Origin: Bacteroidales bacterium
GTDB taxonomy: Bacteria; Bacteroidota; Bacteroidia; Bacteroidales; NBLH01
Reading direction: 5' to 3'
NCBI GenBank assembly: GCA_016937695.1
Contig: JAFGWC010000048.1
Location: 61,777 to 125,776, forward strand
Length of the DNA stretch: 64,000 nucleotides
In this document: positions 1 to 9,541 of the stretch, one piece after another
How positions within the stretch are numbered: position 1 is the first letter of the stretch
Layout: the number at the start of each line of letters is the position of its first letter
The notes under the pieces: generated by a model
Databases searched by the model: none
What the model was told of the DNA's origin: nothing
What the model saw: the letters and a program-made list of their open reading frames with translations, nothing else
Position numbers and translations under genes: made by a program

Positions 1-2
1 GT

Positions 3-317
3 AATTTAACAGATTTTGAAGATAATTCTTTCGACATTGTTACTGCATCTTTTCTACTGCATGGAGTTACAGAAGATATAAGACAAAATATTTTATCTGA
101 AATGAAAAGAATCTCGAAGAAACACATTATCATAAATGATTATTTTGGAAAAACTAATTTTATTGCCAGATTTTTAGAATATCTGGAAAAGAGTGATTAT
201 AAGCACTTTAAATCAAATTTCTGTAACGAATTAAATAATAATTTCGAATTGGTTAAAAGAAAAACGGCTTCGTTTGGAACTTCTGTTTATTTTGCCACAA
301 AAATTTTAAAATTATAA
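3..317 (+). CDS. class I SAM-dependent methyltransferase, C-terminal part (5' end outside window)
   Basis: Frame is open from the window edge, in frame with ORF 102..317. Translation NLTDFEDNSFDIVTASFLLHGV...EMKRISKKHIIIND resembles the distal half of Methyltransf_11-type enzymes. Confidence 0.6.
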   Translation, partial: NLTDFEDNSFDIVTASFLLHGVTEDIRQNILSEMKRISKKHIIINDYFGKTNFIARFLEYLEKSDYKHFKSNFCNELNNNFELVKRKTASFGTSVYFATKILKL

Positions 318-330
318 AAAACAATTTAAT

Positions 331-672
331 ATGATAAAAATATACCATAACTCAAGATGTAAAAAAAGCAGAGCAGGACTTTCATTTTTGCTAGAAAAAA
401 CTAAAGATTTTGAAACTATTGAATATTTGAAAACAGGTATTAAAGAAGAAGAATTAAAACAGATTTTTAAATTGCTTAATAAAAAACCTGAAGAAATGAT
501 TAGAAAACAAGAACAAATTTTCAAAGAAATTTATAAAAGAAAATCATTTTCTGACGATGAATGGCTTAAAATTATTAGTGAAAACCCAACTCTTTTAAAC
601 AGACCAATAATAATTAAAGATAACAAAGCAGTTTGGGGCGATCCTGCAGAAAATATAAACCATTTATTTTAG
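331..672 (+). CDS. ArsC/Spx/YffB-family reductase-like protein
   Basis: 113 aa. N-terminal MIKIYHNSRCKKSRAG (thioredoxin-like fold with Cys10) and C-terminal LLNRPII are typical of the ArsC family. Confidence 0.75.
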   Translation: MIKIYHNSRCKKSRAGLSFLLEKTKDFETIEYLKTGIKEEELKQIFKLLNKKPEEMIRKQEQIFKEIYKRKSFSDDEWLKIISENPTLLNRPIIIKDNKAVWGDPAENINHLF

Positions 673-682
673 TTTATTCATC

Positions 683-1264
683 ATGAAAAAATTAATATTA
701 ACACTAATCTTAATTTTTACTTTTCAAATAAATTTTATTGAAGCACAAATAAATCTTTCTGATTACAATTGCATTATTGAACCAATAAAATATAAAGAAG
801 ATACTCTTGAAAACAGATTGATTTTGTGTATTAACTATAAAGATGAAGATAATTTTACAATACAATATTCGGATATTTATCTTTTAAATAAAAAAAATGA
901 AAATATATTATTAACAAAACCAAACGATCCAATAATCGGACTTTATGATTTAAAAGCCTCAAAAAATTATAAATATCTGGCTTTTTATTACGTTGGTGAA
1001 GGACATCCTTGGATAGAAATCATTGACTTACAGGCTTTTACATTAAAAAAAGAATATAATATTATTGCTGAAATACAAGCATATCCTGGAAATGTTAATT
1101 TATTATATTGGTCTGAAAACGATATGCTTATTATTGAAAGCGATATAAATTTACTTTTAAAAAATTCAAACAAAAATTTAAATTATGAAGATATGTTTGA
1201 TATCCAAAAAAAATATTATTACGATATAAAAACCAAGCAATTTTCTATTTGTAAAGAAAAATAG
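683..1264 (+). CDS. hypothetical secreted protein
   Basis: 193-aa ORF with an N-terminal hydrophobic signal-like segment. No recognisable motif. Confidence 0.55.
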   Translation: MKKLILTLILIFTFQINFIEAQINLSDYNCIIEPIKYKEDTLENRLILCINYKDEDNFTIQYSDIYLLNKKNENILLTKPNDPIIGLYDLKASKNYKYLAFYYVGEGHPWIEIIDLQAFTLKKEYNIIAEIQAYPGNVNLLYWSENDMLIIESDINLLLKNSNKNLNYEDMFDIQKKYYYDIKTKQFSICKEK

Positions 1265-1290
1265 TGCTGAATATCAAATCAATACAATAA

Positions 1291-1326
1291 AACAAGCATC
1301 CTTTAATAAATTACAGAATGCTTGTT
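1291..1326. terminator. hairpin between convergent genes (bidirectional terminator candidate)
   Basis: AACAAGCAT (1291-1299) pairs with ATGCTTGTT (1318-1326). It is flanked by an A-run upstream and a T-run downstream. The loop is long (18 nt). Confidence 0.45.
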
Positions 1327-1343
1327 TTATTATTATATATTCT

Positions 1344-1820
1344 TTATTTTGCAGTAATAAATTTAAAAGCTTCAATAGCTGCATTAAAATTTTCTTCATT
1401 ATCTGCAGTAATTAGAAAAACCCAATTACTATTAACCCAACCATAAGCTTTTTTATCGCCATCTTTTCCGCTAGCGTACCATTTTCCGTTTATATTTCCA
1501 CTTGAACGAACCGGCATAGTTTCAAATACAGGAACAATTTCTTTTTTAAAGAAATCATCAGCTACTTCTTTAGTTGAAATTTGATAAGCTGAAATTACAA
1601 TATTACTATTTCCGTAAATTGCATTATTCCCTTCAACACCTAACATATCAACCTCAATACCAACAACTTCATTCGTAAGTCCGTTTATTTTTTCAGGATA
1701 TACATCACTAAATTTTGGATTCTCGGCAGGAGGCGCAAAATCAGTATTATAACTAGTATTACATGAATTTAATCCAAGTAAAAATGTAATTAATGTGAAA
1801 AATAAAAGTTTTGTTTTCAT
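1344..1820 (-). CDS. hypothetical lipoprotein
   Basis: 158 aa. Signal peptide ends in a lipobox-like LGLNSC. Confidence 0.6.
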   Translation of the reverse strand: MKTKLLFFTLITFLLGLNSCNTSYNTDFAPPAENPKFSDVYPEKINGLTNEVVGIEVDMLGVEGNNAIYGNSNIVISAYQISTKEVADDFFKKEIVPVFETMPVRSSGNINGKWYASGKDGDKKAYGWVNSNWVFLITADNEENFNAAIEAFKFITAK

Positions 1821-1942
1821 TATATTTTCTGTTTTTAGGTTAAATAATTATTAAAGATACAAAAGTTATAGAATAAATTTATCAGTTTTTTTATTTCTAA
1901 ATCAATTTATTGTAAATTAGTACGAAATTTAATATAACTTTT

Positions 1943-2146
1943 ATGGAAAAAGCAGGATACATATTATTAGCAATAATAGCTGGCGCTTGGATTTTGGCAA
2001 TAATAATCGGTATTATTGCGGCATTTCCTTTTGGATTAATAGGTCTTATTGCAATTACCGGAATCGGATTACTTTTTGCAAAAGTCGTTAAAGACAGATT
2101 ATCAAACAAAGAAGATGATTACTATTCAAATAACGTTGATAAATAA
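1943..2146 (+). CDS. small hypothetical membrane protein
   Basis: 67 aa with two hydrophobic helices (ILLAIIAGAWILAIIIGIIAAFPFGLIGLIAITGIGLLF). Confidence 0.45.
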   Translation: MEKAGYILLAIIAGAWILAIIIGIIAAFPFGLIGLIAITGIGLLFAKVVKDRLSNKEDDYYSNNVDK

Positions 2147-2157
2147 ACTAAATTTTT

Positions 2158-2484
2158 TTGATTATGCTAATAACAACTCAAGACGAATTTTCTGATTATG
2201 AGATAGTTGAAACTTTAGGATTAGTTAAAGGAAATACTATTAGAGCAAGACATATTGGTAAAGATATTCTTGCAGGATTAAGAACAATTATTGGTGGCGA
2301 AATTACTGAATATACTAAAATGCTTGCCGAATCAAGAGAACAATCTTTAGATAGAATGATTAAAATGGCAGAAGATTTTAATGCAGATGGAATTGTATGC
2401 CTAAGATTTACAACTTCTGCAGTTATGCAGCATGCAGCAGAATTATTTGCATACGGAACTGCAGTTAAATTAAGAAAAAAATAA
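2158..2484 (+). CDS. YbjQ-family (UPF0145) protein
   Basis: 108 aa. The stretch GLVKGNTIRARHIGKDILAGLRTIIGGEI..YTKML..SREQSLDRM is characteristic of YbjQ/UPF0145. The start may instead be the ATG at 2164. Confidence 0.8.
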   Translation: MIMLITTQDEFSDYEIVETLGLVKGNTIRARHIGKDILAGLRTIIGGEITEYTKMLAESREQSLDRMIKMAEDFNADGIVCLRFTTSAVMQHAAELFAYGTAVKLRKK

Positions 2485-2598
2485 ATAATTGTTTTTTTGT
2501 TTGAAGGCCTCAATTGTTTTTTATAAAACTTTTGAGGCTTATTTATGTTTTAAATCTAATTAAATTTACTTTTGTGAAATTTAATTAACACAATTATT

Positions 2599-3000
2599 AT
2601 GAAACAATTTATTATTATAAGTATATTTATTTTATCACTATTTACATCATGTAAAACACAAAAACAAACAACTCAAAATCCACAAAAAGAATTAAAATAT
2701 GCAATAACTTATGCAATTAATCTATTAGAAAACCAAAACTACGAAATGTTTTTAAGCAAATTTATTGAACCAGACCAATTTGGAAAAACGATTGAAGAAA
2801 GTAAGTTAAAAGAATTTGCCGAAATGTTTAAAATAAAAAAAGCAGAGCAACTTTTAAATGTTTTAAAATCTATAAAAAATTCAGAGCCAGAATATAACAC
2901 AGATAATTCAGAAGCAACTTTTAACGTAGATAAAGAAATTGCCAGTAAAAATAAAATAATTTTCAAAAAACTTGAAAATTTGTGGTATATCGCTAATTAA
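2599..3000 (+). CDS. hypothetical lipoprotein
   Basis: 133 aa. Signal peptide with LFTSC lipobox. Confidence 0.55.
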   Translation: MKQFIIISIFILSLFTSCKTQKQTTQNPQKELKYAITYAINLLENQNYEMFLSKFIEPDQFGKTIEESKLKEFAEMFKIKKAEQLLNVLKSIKNSEPEYNTDNSEATFNVDKEIASKNKIIFKKLENLWYIAN

Positions 3001-3023
3001 AAAAACAGTTCAACATCTCAAAT

Positions 3024-3884
3024 ATGTCAATAAGAAACACCATTAATTTTATTATACCATACTTTTACATAACAATCGGTCTGTTCATTTTTGCTTTTGG
3101 CTGGACAGCTTTTTTAATTCCATCAGAAATTATTGGTGGTGGAATTACAGGCTTAGGAGCTTTAATATTTTTTGTAAGCGGATTTCCTGTCGGATATACA
3201 ACTTTAATCGCTAATGCAATTTTAATACTTATAGCTTTAAAAATTTTAGGTGCAAAATTCGGAATAAATACTATTTATGGTATTATTATAAGCTCTATTT
3301 TTTTTATTATTTTACAAAAATATATTACAGAACCATTTGTTAAAGACCAATTTATGGCCGCTTTAATAGGCGGAGGACTTGGAGGCGTAGGAGTTGGAAT
3401 TGCATTTTCACATGGTGGAAATTCTGGAGGAACTGATATTATTGCTTTAATAATTAATAAATATCGAAATATTAGTCCCGGAAGAATTTTTCTATATATC
3501 GATATTTTTATTATTGCCAGCTCATGGTTTATTTTTTATTCTATCGAAAAAATTGTTTACGGATATGTTGTAATGGCTGTTGCTTCATATAGTGTGGATT
3601 TAATAATTAATGGTTCCAGACAATCATATCAAATTATGATTTATTCAAATTACGATAAAATTATTGCCGATAGAATTTCGAAAGAAGTTAAAAGAGGCGT
3701 TACGTGTCTTAAAGCTCACGGATGGTACAGCAAAAAAGATATTAATGTTGTTATGGTTATTGCCAGAAAACATGATAAACCAAAAATAATGGCGATTGTT
3801 AAAGACACAGATTCGAACGCATTTATATCAATTGCAAAAGTTATGGGCGTTTTCGGACAAAACTTTGATGAAGTTAAATTGTAA
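3024..3884 (+). CDS. YitT-family membrane protein (DUF2179 C-terminal domain)
   Basis: 286 aa. It has a multi-TM N-terminus, a GGTDI motif and a soluble C-terminal domain (ISIAKVMGVFGQNF), as in YitT family proteins. Confidence 0.8.
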   Translation: MSIRNTINFIIPYFYITIGLFIFAFGWTAFLIPSEIIGGGITGLGALIFFVSGFPVGYTTLIANAILILIALKILGAKFGINTIYGIIISSIFFIILQKYITEPFVKDQFMAALIGGGLGGVGVGIAFSHGGNSGGTDIIALIINKYRNISPGRIFLYIDIFIIASSWFIFYSIEKIVYGYVVMAVASYSVDLIINGSRQSYQIMIYSNYDKIIADRISKEVKRGVTCLKAHGWYSKKDINVVMVIARKHDKPKIMAIVKDTDSNAFISIAKVMGVFGQNFDEVKL

Positions 3885-3946
3885 AATATTATTACTTTGC
3901 TTTTATCTTTTTACTTTTGTCTTTATAAAATCAAATAATTAAAAAA

Positions 3947-4990
3947 ATGTTCTACATTGACGATTCTGAATTTGAAAAGCTTATTATTCATCATATTGGT
4001 AATAAAAATCAAGGCGAAAATGTTTTTTTATCAGAGAATGAAATTGAATTAGATGATGAAAAAAAACAAGTTTTATTAGACTATTTCTTTTCCTCTTTTA
4101 AAGATGAAATTTTCTATCAATTTTCAAACGAAAGTGTACTAGAAGATAATATCGTATTTAAAAGTGCCGGTAAAATATTTGAAAATGCAGAAAATATTAT
4201 TGACGAATCAAAAAATATTGCAACCCATTTATTCGAACAATCTTATCATCCACAAATTAAATCAGGCGAACTATATATTGCATATTTTAAAAATTGCATA
4301 GTTGAAGATGAAATTGCTAATGCTGTTGGTATTTTTAAATCTGAAACTAAAGATATTTTTATAAAATCTGAATTTAAAAATGAAAACATTAATATTTCGC
4401 ACGATACAGGAATTAATATCAATAAAATAGATAAAGCCTGCTTAATATTTAACACCGAAAAAGAAACAGGCTACAAAATTGCAATGATTGATGTTGCAGG
4501 CCGTTCAAAAGAAGCAGGATATTGGAAAGACGATTTTTTAAATCTGGAATTAAGAAAAGACGATTATTACCAAACAAAAAATTATATTGGAATTTGCAAA
4601 GGCTTTGTAAGCGATATTTTTAATCCGGCAAATGGAGTTGAAAGAGCAGACCAAATTGAAATGATGAATAAAACATCTGAATTTTTCAATGAAAAAAACA
4701 CTTTTGATTTAAATGAATTTTCAAGTCAAGTAATTGGAAATGAGGAAGTAATAGATGCTTTTAATGAATACAAAAACAAAGTTGCCGATGCAAACGATTT
4801 GGAAATAAAAGATAATTTTGATATTTCGCAAACAGCAGTAAAAAAAAGCAAAGCTCAATTTAAAAGTGTTTTAAAACTCGATAAAAATTTTCATATTTAT
4901 ATTCATGGCGACCGACAAAGAATTGTAAAAGGCTTTGATACAAAAACAGGTCTTAATTTCTATCAGGTCTTTTATGAAAAAGAAGATTAG
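3947..4990 (+). CDS. nucleoid-associated protein, NdpA/YejK-like (tentative)
   Basis: 347 aa. The N-terminal LIIHHIGNKNQGE pattern and the length fit the NdpA-like family as annotated in Bacteroidota. Assigned from memory only. Confidence 0.5.
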   Translation: MFYIDDSEFEKLIIHHIGNKNQGENVFLSENEIELDDEKKQVLLDYFFSSFKDEIFYQFSNESVLEDNIVFKSAGKIFENAENIIDESKNIATHLFEQSYHPQIKSGELYIAYFKNCIVEDEIANAVGIFKSETKDIFIKSEFKNENINISHDTGININKIDKACLIFNTEKETGYKIAMIDVAGRSKEAGYWKDDFLNLELRKDDYYQTKNYIGICKGFVSDIFNPANGVERADQIEMMNKTSEFFNEKNTFDLNEFSSQVIGNEEVIDAFNEYKNKVADANDLEIKDNFDISQTAVKKSKAQFKSVLKLDKNFHIYIHGDRQRIVKGFDTKTGLNFYQVFYEKED

Positions 4991-5082
4991 TAACTATTTG
5001 ATATTTATGATAAATAAGTTAATTTAGCCTTTAGAAAAAGGTAATTTCAAAATTCTAATTTTAAGCTGAAAAATTCAATAAA

Positions 5083-6453
5083 ATGAATAAAAAATTATTA
5101 AAATACTTAATTATTGCTGTAATAGTATTGATAGTATTTGCATTTATAGGAAAACGAGCAGGTTGGTTTGGAAAAAAAGAAGCAGTTAAAGTTGCTACAG
5201 AACTTGCTTTAAAAAGAACAATTATTGAAATAATTACTGCAAACGGCAAAATTCAACCACAAACAGAAGTTAAAATCAGCCCAGAAGTATCAGGAGAGAT
5301 AGTTCAACTTAATGTAATTGAAGGTCAACAAGTTAAGATTGGTGATTTATTAGTAAAAATAAATCCCGAAATATATCTTTCGGTTATTGATAAAATGGAA
5401 GCAAGCTTAAATTCGGCAAAAGCGAATTGGGCAAATTCAAAAGCCAGATTAGCTCAAACAAAATCACAATTTAAAAATTCTGAATTATCATACAATCGAA
5501 ATAAAAAGCTTTGGGAAGATAAAGCTATTTCCGATTCAGAATACGAATCAGCATTATCGGCTTATGAAGTAGCTAAAGCTGATGTTGAAGCAGCAACTGA
5601 AAGCGCAAATTCGGCTAAATTTACTGTAATGAGCGCAGAAGCTTCTCTACGAGAAGCAAAAGAAAATTTGTCGAAAACTACTTTATATGCACCAATGTCA
5701 GGAACAATTTCTAAACTAAATGTTGAACTTGGCGAAAGAGTTGTTGGAACAGCTCAAATGGCTGGAACAGAATTACTTAGAATCGCAAATTTGGATTTAA
5801 TGGAAGTACAAGTTGATGTTAACGAAAACGATATTGTTAGAGTTAAAAAAGGCGACACTGCAATTATTGAAGTTGATGCTTATTTAGGAAAAAAATTTAA
5901 AGGCATTGTTACTGAAATCGCAAATTCTGCTTCAATAGTTGGTGGCGGAACAGATCAAGTTACAAACTTTGAAGTAAAAATACTTCTACTTAAAGATTCT
6001 TATAAGGAATTAATTCCAGAAGGAAAAAAGAATTATTTCCCATTTCGCCCCGGAATGTCGGCAACTACAGATATCCAAACAGAAACAAAATATTCGGTTT
6101 TGTCTGTTCCAATACAGGCAATTACTACAAGAATTGATTCTTCAGGAAAAAATACTGTGAAAAAAGAATATTTTGAAAAAGAAAACGATGAAAATAAAAA
6201 CGAAGAAAACGCTGAAAATAAAAAAGAAGGCAAACCACTTGTTGTTGTCTTTGTTTACGAAAAAAATAAGGCAATTTTAAAAATTGTAGAAACTGGTATT
6301 CAAAACGATAATTATATCGAAATAACATCAGGAATTAAAGATAGCACCGAAATAATTACTGCGCCATATAGTATTATTTCAAAAAAACTAATAAATAATC
6401 AAGATGTTGAAAAAGTAAAAAAAGAAAAACTTTTTTCGACAAAAGAAAAATAA
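5083..6453 (+). CDS. efflux transporter periplasmic adaptor subunit (HlyD/MacA-type membrane fusion protein)
   Basis: 456 aa. It has an N-terminal TM anchor, a biotinyl/lipoyl-like hairpin (VSGEIVQLNVIEGQQVKIGDLLVKI), a long coiled coil and a beta-barrel (YAPMSGTISKLNVELGERV). Confidence 0.85.
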   Translation: MNKKLLKYLIIAVIVLIVFAFIGKRAGWFGKKEAVKVATELALKRTIIEIITANGKIQPQTEVKISPEVSGEIVQLNVIEGQQVKIGDLLVKINPEIYLSVIDKMEASLNSAKANWANSKARLAQTKSQFKNSELSYNRNKKLWEDKAISDSEYESALSAYEVAKADVEAATESANSAKFTVMSAEASLREAKENLSKTTLYAPMSGTISKLNVELGERVVGTAQMAGTELLRIANLDLMEVQVDVNENDIVRVKKGDTAIIEVDAYLGKKFKGIVTEIANSASIVGGGTDQVTNFEVKILLLKDSYKELIPEGKKNYFPFRPGMSATTDIQTETKYSVLSVPIQAITTRIDSSGKNTVKKEYFEKENDENKNEENAENKKEGKPLVVVFVYEKNKAILKIVETGIQNDNYIEITSGIKDSTEIITAPYSIISKKLINNQDVEKVKKEKLFSTKEK

Positions 6454-6477
6454 ACACTAATTAATATTACAGAAAAG

Positions 6478-6515
6478 CATTTCACAGCAATTAAAACTGT
6501 GAAATGGCGTTTTTG
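6478..6515 (+). terminator. intrinsic terminator
   Basis: CATTTCACAG (6478-6487) pairs with CTGTGAAATG (6498-6507), followed by GCGTTTTT. Confidence 0.65.
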
Positions 6516-6528
6516 AATGAGTTAAAAA

Positions 6529-7485
6529 ATGCAACACACAATTTCGCTTGCTCCGCTTCAAGGATTTACGGATTATATTTTTAGAAAAGTTTACAATAAT
6601 TATTTTACGGATATTGATAAATTTTATTCTCCATACATAAGGCTTTCAAACGATAAAACAATAAAAAAATCTCAAATTAGAGATATTTTACCCGAAAACA
6701 ACAAAAACATTAACTTAATTCCGCAAATTTTAGTTAATAATTCAACCGATTTTATTTTTCTTTCAAATTATCTTTTTGATTTTGGATATAAAGAAATAAA
6801 CTGGAATTTGGGTTGCCCTTATCCAATGGTTGCAAAAAGAAATTTAGGCGCCGGATTACTTGAATATCCTGAAAAAATAAACGAAATTCTTGAAACAATA
6901 ATCAATAAAATTCCAAATAAACTTTCAATTAAAATGCGCCTTGGAAATAAAAATATTGATGACATTGATAAAATAATTTCTGATTTAAACAATTATAATT
7001 TATCTGATTTAATAATACATCCAAGAATTGCAACTCAACTTTACAAAGGAAATCCCGATTTAAATAAATTTGCCGAAGTGCTAAACACTAGTTCAAATAA
7101 AATCACATATAATGGTGATATTAAAGATATTAGCACATTTAATAAACTTGAAAACGAGTATCAAAACATTAATAATTGGATGATTGGCCGAGGAATTTTG
7201 GCAAACCCTTTTTTAGCATCTCAAATTAAAAAAACCGACAATTTATCTGCTGATCTAAAAAAAGAACAATTCTACAATTTTCATGATTCTCTTTTTAATG
7301 AAATAGAAAATTCATTATCAGGAAGCTCGCATATTTTAACAAAAATGACAAACTATTGGGAATATTTTTCTTTATCGTTTACAAACAGCCACAAAGTTTT
7401 TAAGCGAATAAAAAAAACAAGCACAATTGAAAAATACAAAAGTGCTGTTAATCATAATTTTAGCGAAGAAAACCTAAACATATAA
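6529..7485 (+). CDS. tRNA-dihydrouridine synthase family protein
   Basis: 318 aa. LAPLQGFTD..FR at the N-terminus, the NLGCP motif and a TIM-barrel-like pattern are typical of Dus enzymes. Confidence 0.75.
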   Translation: MQHTISLAPLQGFTDYIFRKVYNNYFTDIDKFYSPYIRLSNDKTIKKSQIRDILPENNKNINLIPQILVNNSTDFIFLSNYLFDFGYKEINWNLGCPYPMVAKRNLGAGLLEYPEKINEILETIINKIPNKLSIKMRLGNKNIDDIDKIISDLNNYNLSDLIIHPRIATQLYKGNPDLNKFAEVLNTSSNKITYNGDIKDISTFNKLENEYQNINNWMIGRGILANPFLASQIKKTDNLSADLKKEQFYNFHDSLFNEIENSLSGSSHILTKMTNYWEYFSLSFTNSHKVFKRIKKTSTIEKYKSAVNHNFSEENLNI

Positions 7486-7501
7486 AACTTATTGAAAATA
7501 A

Positions 7502-8194
7502 TTATTCCGGCGACCACAGCGCTCGTGCTCCATTCCAATGATTTTCGTGTCCTAACTCAATAGATTCTACAAGAAAAGGTCTTTCTCTTGAAATTATAAA
7601 TTCAAGCGTTTCTGCAATATTTTCCGGAACTAAAATGGCAGCATTTTCATCATCATTCCAAGTATTAACTCCCCACGAATGAATTGTTGAAACTCTTATT
7701 TTTCCAGCAAGTTCATTTCGTAAAACATGTGCAAATTGCATAATTCCGGCTTTTGTAGCTGCATAAACAGATTCGCCAATTATTCTGTTTTTTGCCGACA
7801 TTGACGACATAAAAACTATATGCGGATTTTCACTTTTTAACAAAAGTGGAATTAACTTTTTAGTTAAAAGTAATTGCGAGTGCAAATTAAGTGTGATAAG
7901 TTTATTGATATCCTCATCTTTAAAATCAGAAAACTTTTCAATAACCATTACGCCAACATTATTTACTAAAACATCAAGCGTTTCGGTTTTTTCTTTCAAT
8001 TCATTTACAAAATCGTTAATATTATCAATATTTGTAAAATCCTGTGCAAAATAATGAGCATTCTTAATTCCTCTTTCTTTAAACGATTTTATATTTGATG
8101 CATGAAGAAATAATTCATTTTGGGTTGAAAGTAATTTAGCTTCGGCCATGCCAATTCCTTTACTTGCGCCAGTTATACATATTTTCCTACTCAT
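7502..8194 (-). CDS. SDR-family oxidoreductase
   Basis: 230 aa. Contains TGASKGIG (the TGxxxGxG NAD(P) motif), NNVG and YAATK (the YxxxK catalytic motif). Confidence 0.85.
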   Translation of the reverse strand: MSRKICITGASKGIGMAEAKLLSTQNELFLHASNIKSFKERGIKNAHYFAQDFTNIDNINDFVNELKEKTETLDVLVNNVGVMVIEKFSDFKDEDINKLITLNLHSQLLLTKKLIPLLLKSENPHIVFMSSMSAKNRIIGESVYAATKAGIMQFAHVLRNELAGKIRVSTIHSWGVNTWNDDENAAILVPENIAETLEFIISRERPFLVESIELGHENHWNGARALWSPE

Positions 8195-8599
8195 TTTTTC
8201 AGTTTATTTTTAATCGACAATATTATTATTTTTTTTCATCTTATCGATAAATTTTTCATAAAATTTTCCAATTCTTAACTATCTAATTAAAAAAGTTTAA
8301 ATTTATATTTAAAATACTAATGTCCGCCAAAAATGAATTAAGCCTTTAAAATTATCGCAACTATCAATTATTGAGCAAATTACAAAATTTAATACTTATT
8401 CCAATTTTTTCTGCACTAATAATATTGCAATAAAATATCATTAAAAGGCAAATCATTTACTAACAATAATCAATAAAAAAGTTAAGATATCTCAATAACT
8501 TTATCAAAGTATTAGAATAGTAAATGATAGAAAAAACATGGATTTTGCAATAACTTTGTAATAGAAAATAAAACAAAAAAATAAATATAGGAGGTAAAA

Positions 8600-9064
8600 A
8601 TGTATAGCCAGGAAATTGAAATAATTGAAGAAATTAAGTCTTTTCATAAGCATCTTAGCGAATTCTATACTAAACTTGCCAAAAAATCTGAAAACCAAAG
8701 AGTTAAAATGCTATTGGATTACTTAAGCCATAATGAAAAGCTACGAGAAGAATTTCTAATTAAATATGAAGATTTTACACCGAAAAGCAATATGAAAAAT
8801 TGGATACGTAAACCTACAAATAGTTTATCAACCAAAATTTCTGAGTGTTCTAAAAAAATAAAAATTCTTCCAAGCTATTCGGTAGATGATGTTTTTAAAA
8901 CAGCGTTGCACTTTAATGAATGCCTAGTGAAACTATATAAGTCATTAGCTATTGAAGAAGAATTCGATAGAAGTTTCACAAAAATATTTCATTATATGTT
9001 AAAAAGGACTAAACAACAAGAAATGAAACTGTCAAGAGATGTTAATTTACTCTATGACTTCTAA
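8600..9064 (+). CDS. hypothetical all-alpha protein, paralog 1 of a tandem pair
   Basis: 154 aa, preceded by AGGAGG 7 nt upstream of the ATG. It shares blocks with the next ORF (I.E.I..[FY]HK...E.Y..L.KKSE...VK.ML; ISEC; LHF[ND].CL..LY; IF.YM...TK). Confidence 0.65.
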   Translation: MYSQEIEIIEEIKSFHKHLSEFYTKLAKKSENQRVKMLLDYLSHNEKLREEFLIKYEDFTPKSNMKNWIRKPTNSLSTKISECSKKIKILPSYSVDDVFKTALHFNECLVKLYKSLAIEEEFDRSFTKIFHYMLKRTKQQEMKLSRDVNLLYDF

Positions 9065-9082
9065 CAAAGAAAGGAGCTAAAA

Positions 9083-9541
9083 ATGTATAAACTAAAAAGC
9101 GAAATAATTGAAAAAATTCAGCATTATCATAAGCAAGTATATGAATTATATTTGAGTCTTTATAAGAAATCAGAAGACCCAAAAGTAAAAGAAATGTTAT
9201 CACAACTGTATCAGCAAGAAATATTTAGAGAAAAATACCTTGAAAAGCATAAAAAAGTAGCAAAAGCACTGAATAGTTGGCTGTTTTATCCTTCAAATAA
9301 AATACAAAATAATATTTCTGAATGTTTAAGCCGCTTAAAAATAAAAAAGTCGAATTTAACTGTAAATGATGTTGCTGAAATAGAATTGCACTTTGATAAT
9401 TGCCTTATTCAATTATACGAAGCATTATCTAGTGAAGAAGGAAACAATGGAAATGTAACAAATATATTCTACTATATGATAAATAAAACAAAATTAGAAG
9501 ATAAAAACTTACAAGAAAAATTAGCTGAGCTACTAATTTAA
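9083..9541 (+). CDS. hypothetical all-alpha protein, paralog 2 of a tandem pair
   Basis: 152 aa, preceded by AAGGAG 7 nt upstream of the ATG. Colinear similarity to 8600..9064. Confidence 0.65.
   Translation: MYKLKSEIIEKIQHYHKQVYELYLSLYKKSEDPKVKEMLSQLYQQEIFREKYLEKHKKVAKALNSWLFYPSNKIQNNISECLSRLKIKKSNLTVNDVAEIELHFDNCLIQLYEALSSEEGNNGNVTNIFYYMINKTKLEDKNLQEKLAELLI

Noticed and set aside
8321-8332. The 9-mer ATGTCCGCC shared by two intergenic regions (about 8322 and about 23371)
   Set aside because: Some 9-nt matches are expected by chance in 64 kb on two strands, and there is no extended similarity around them.
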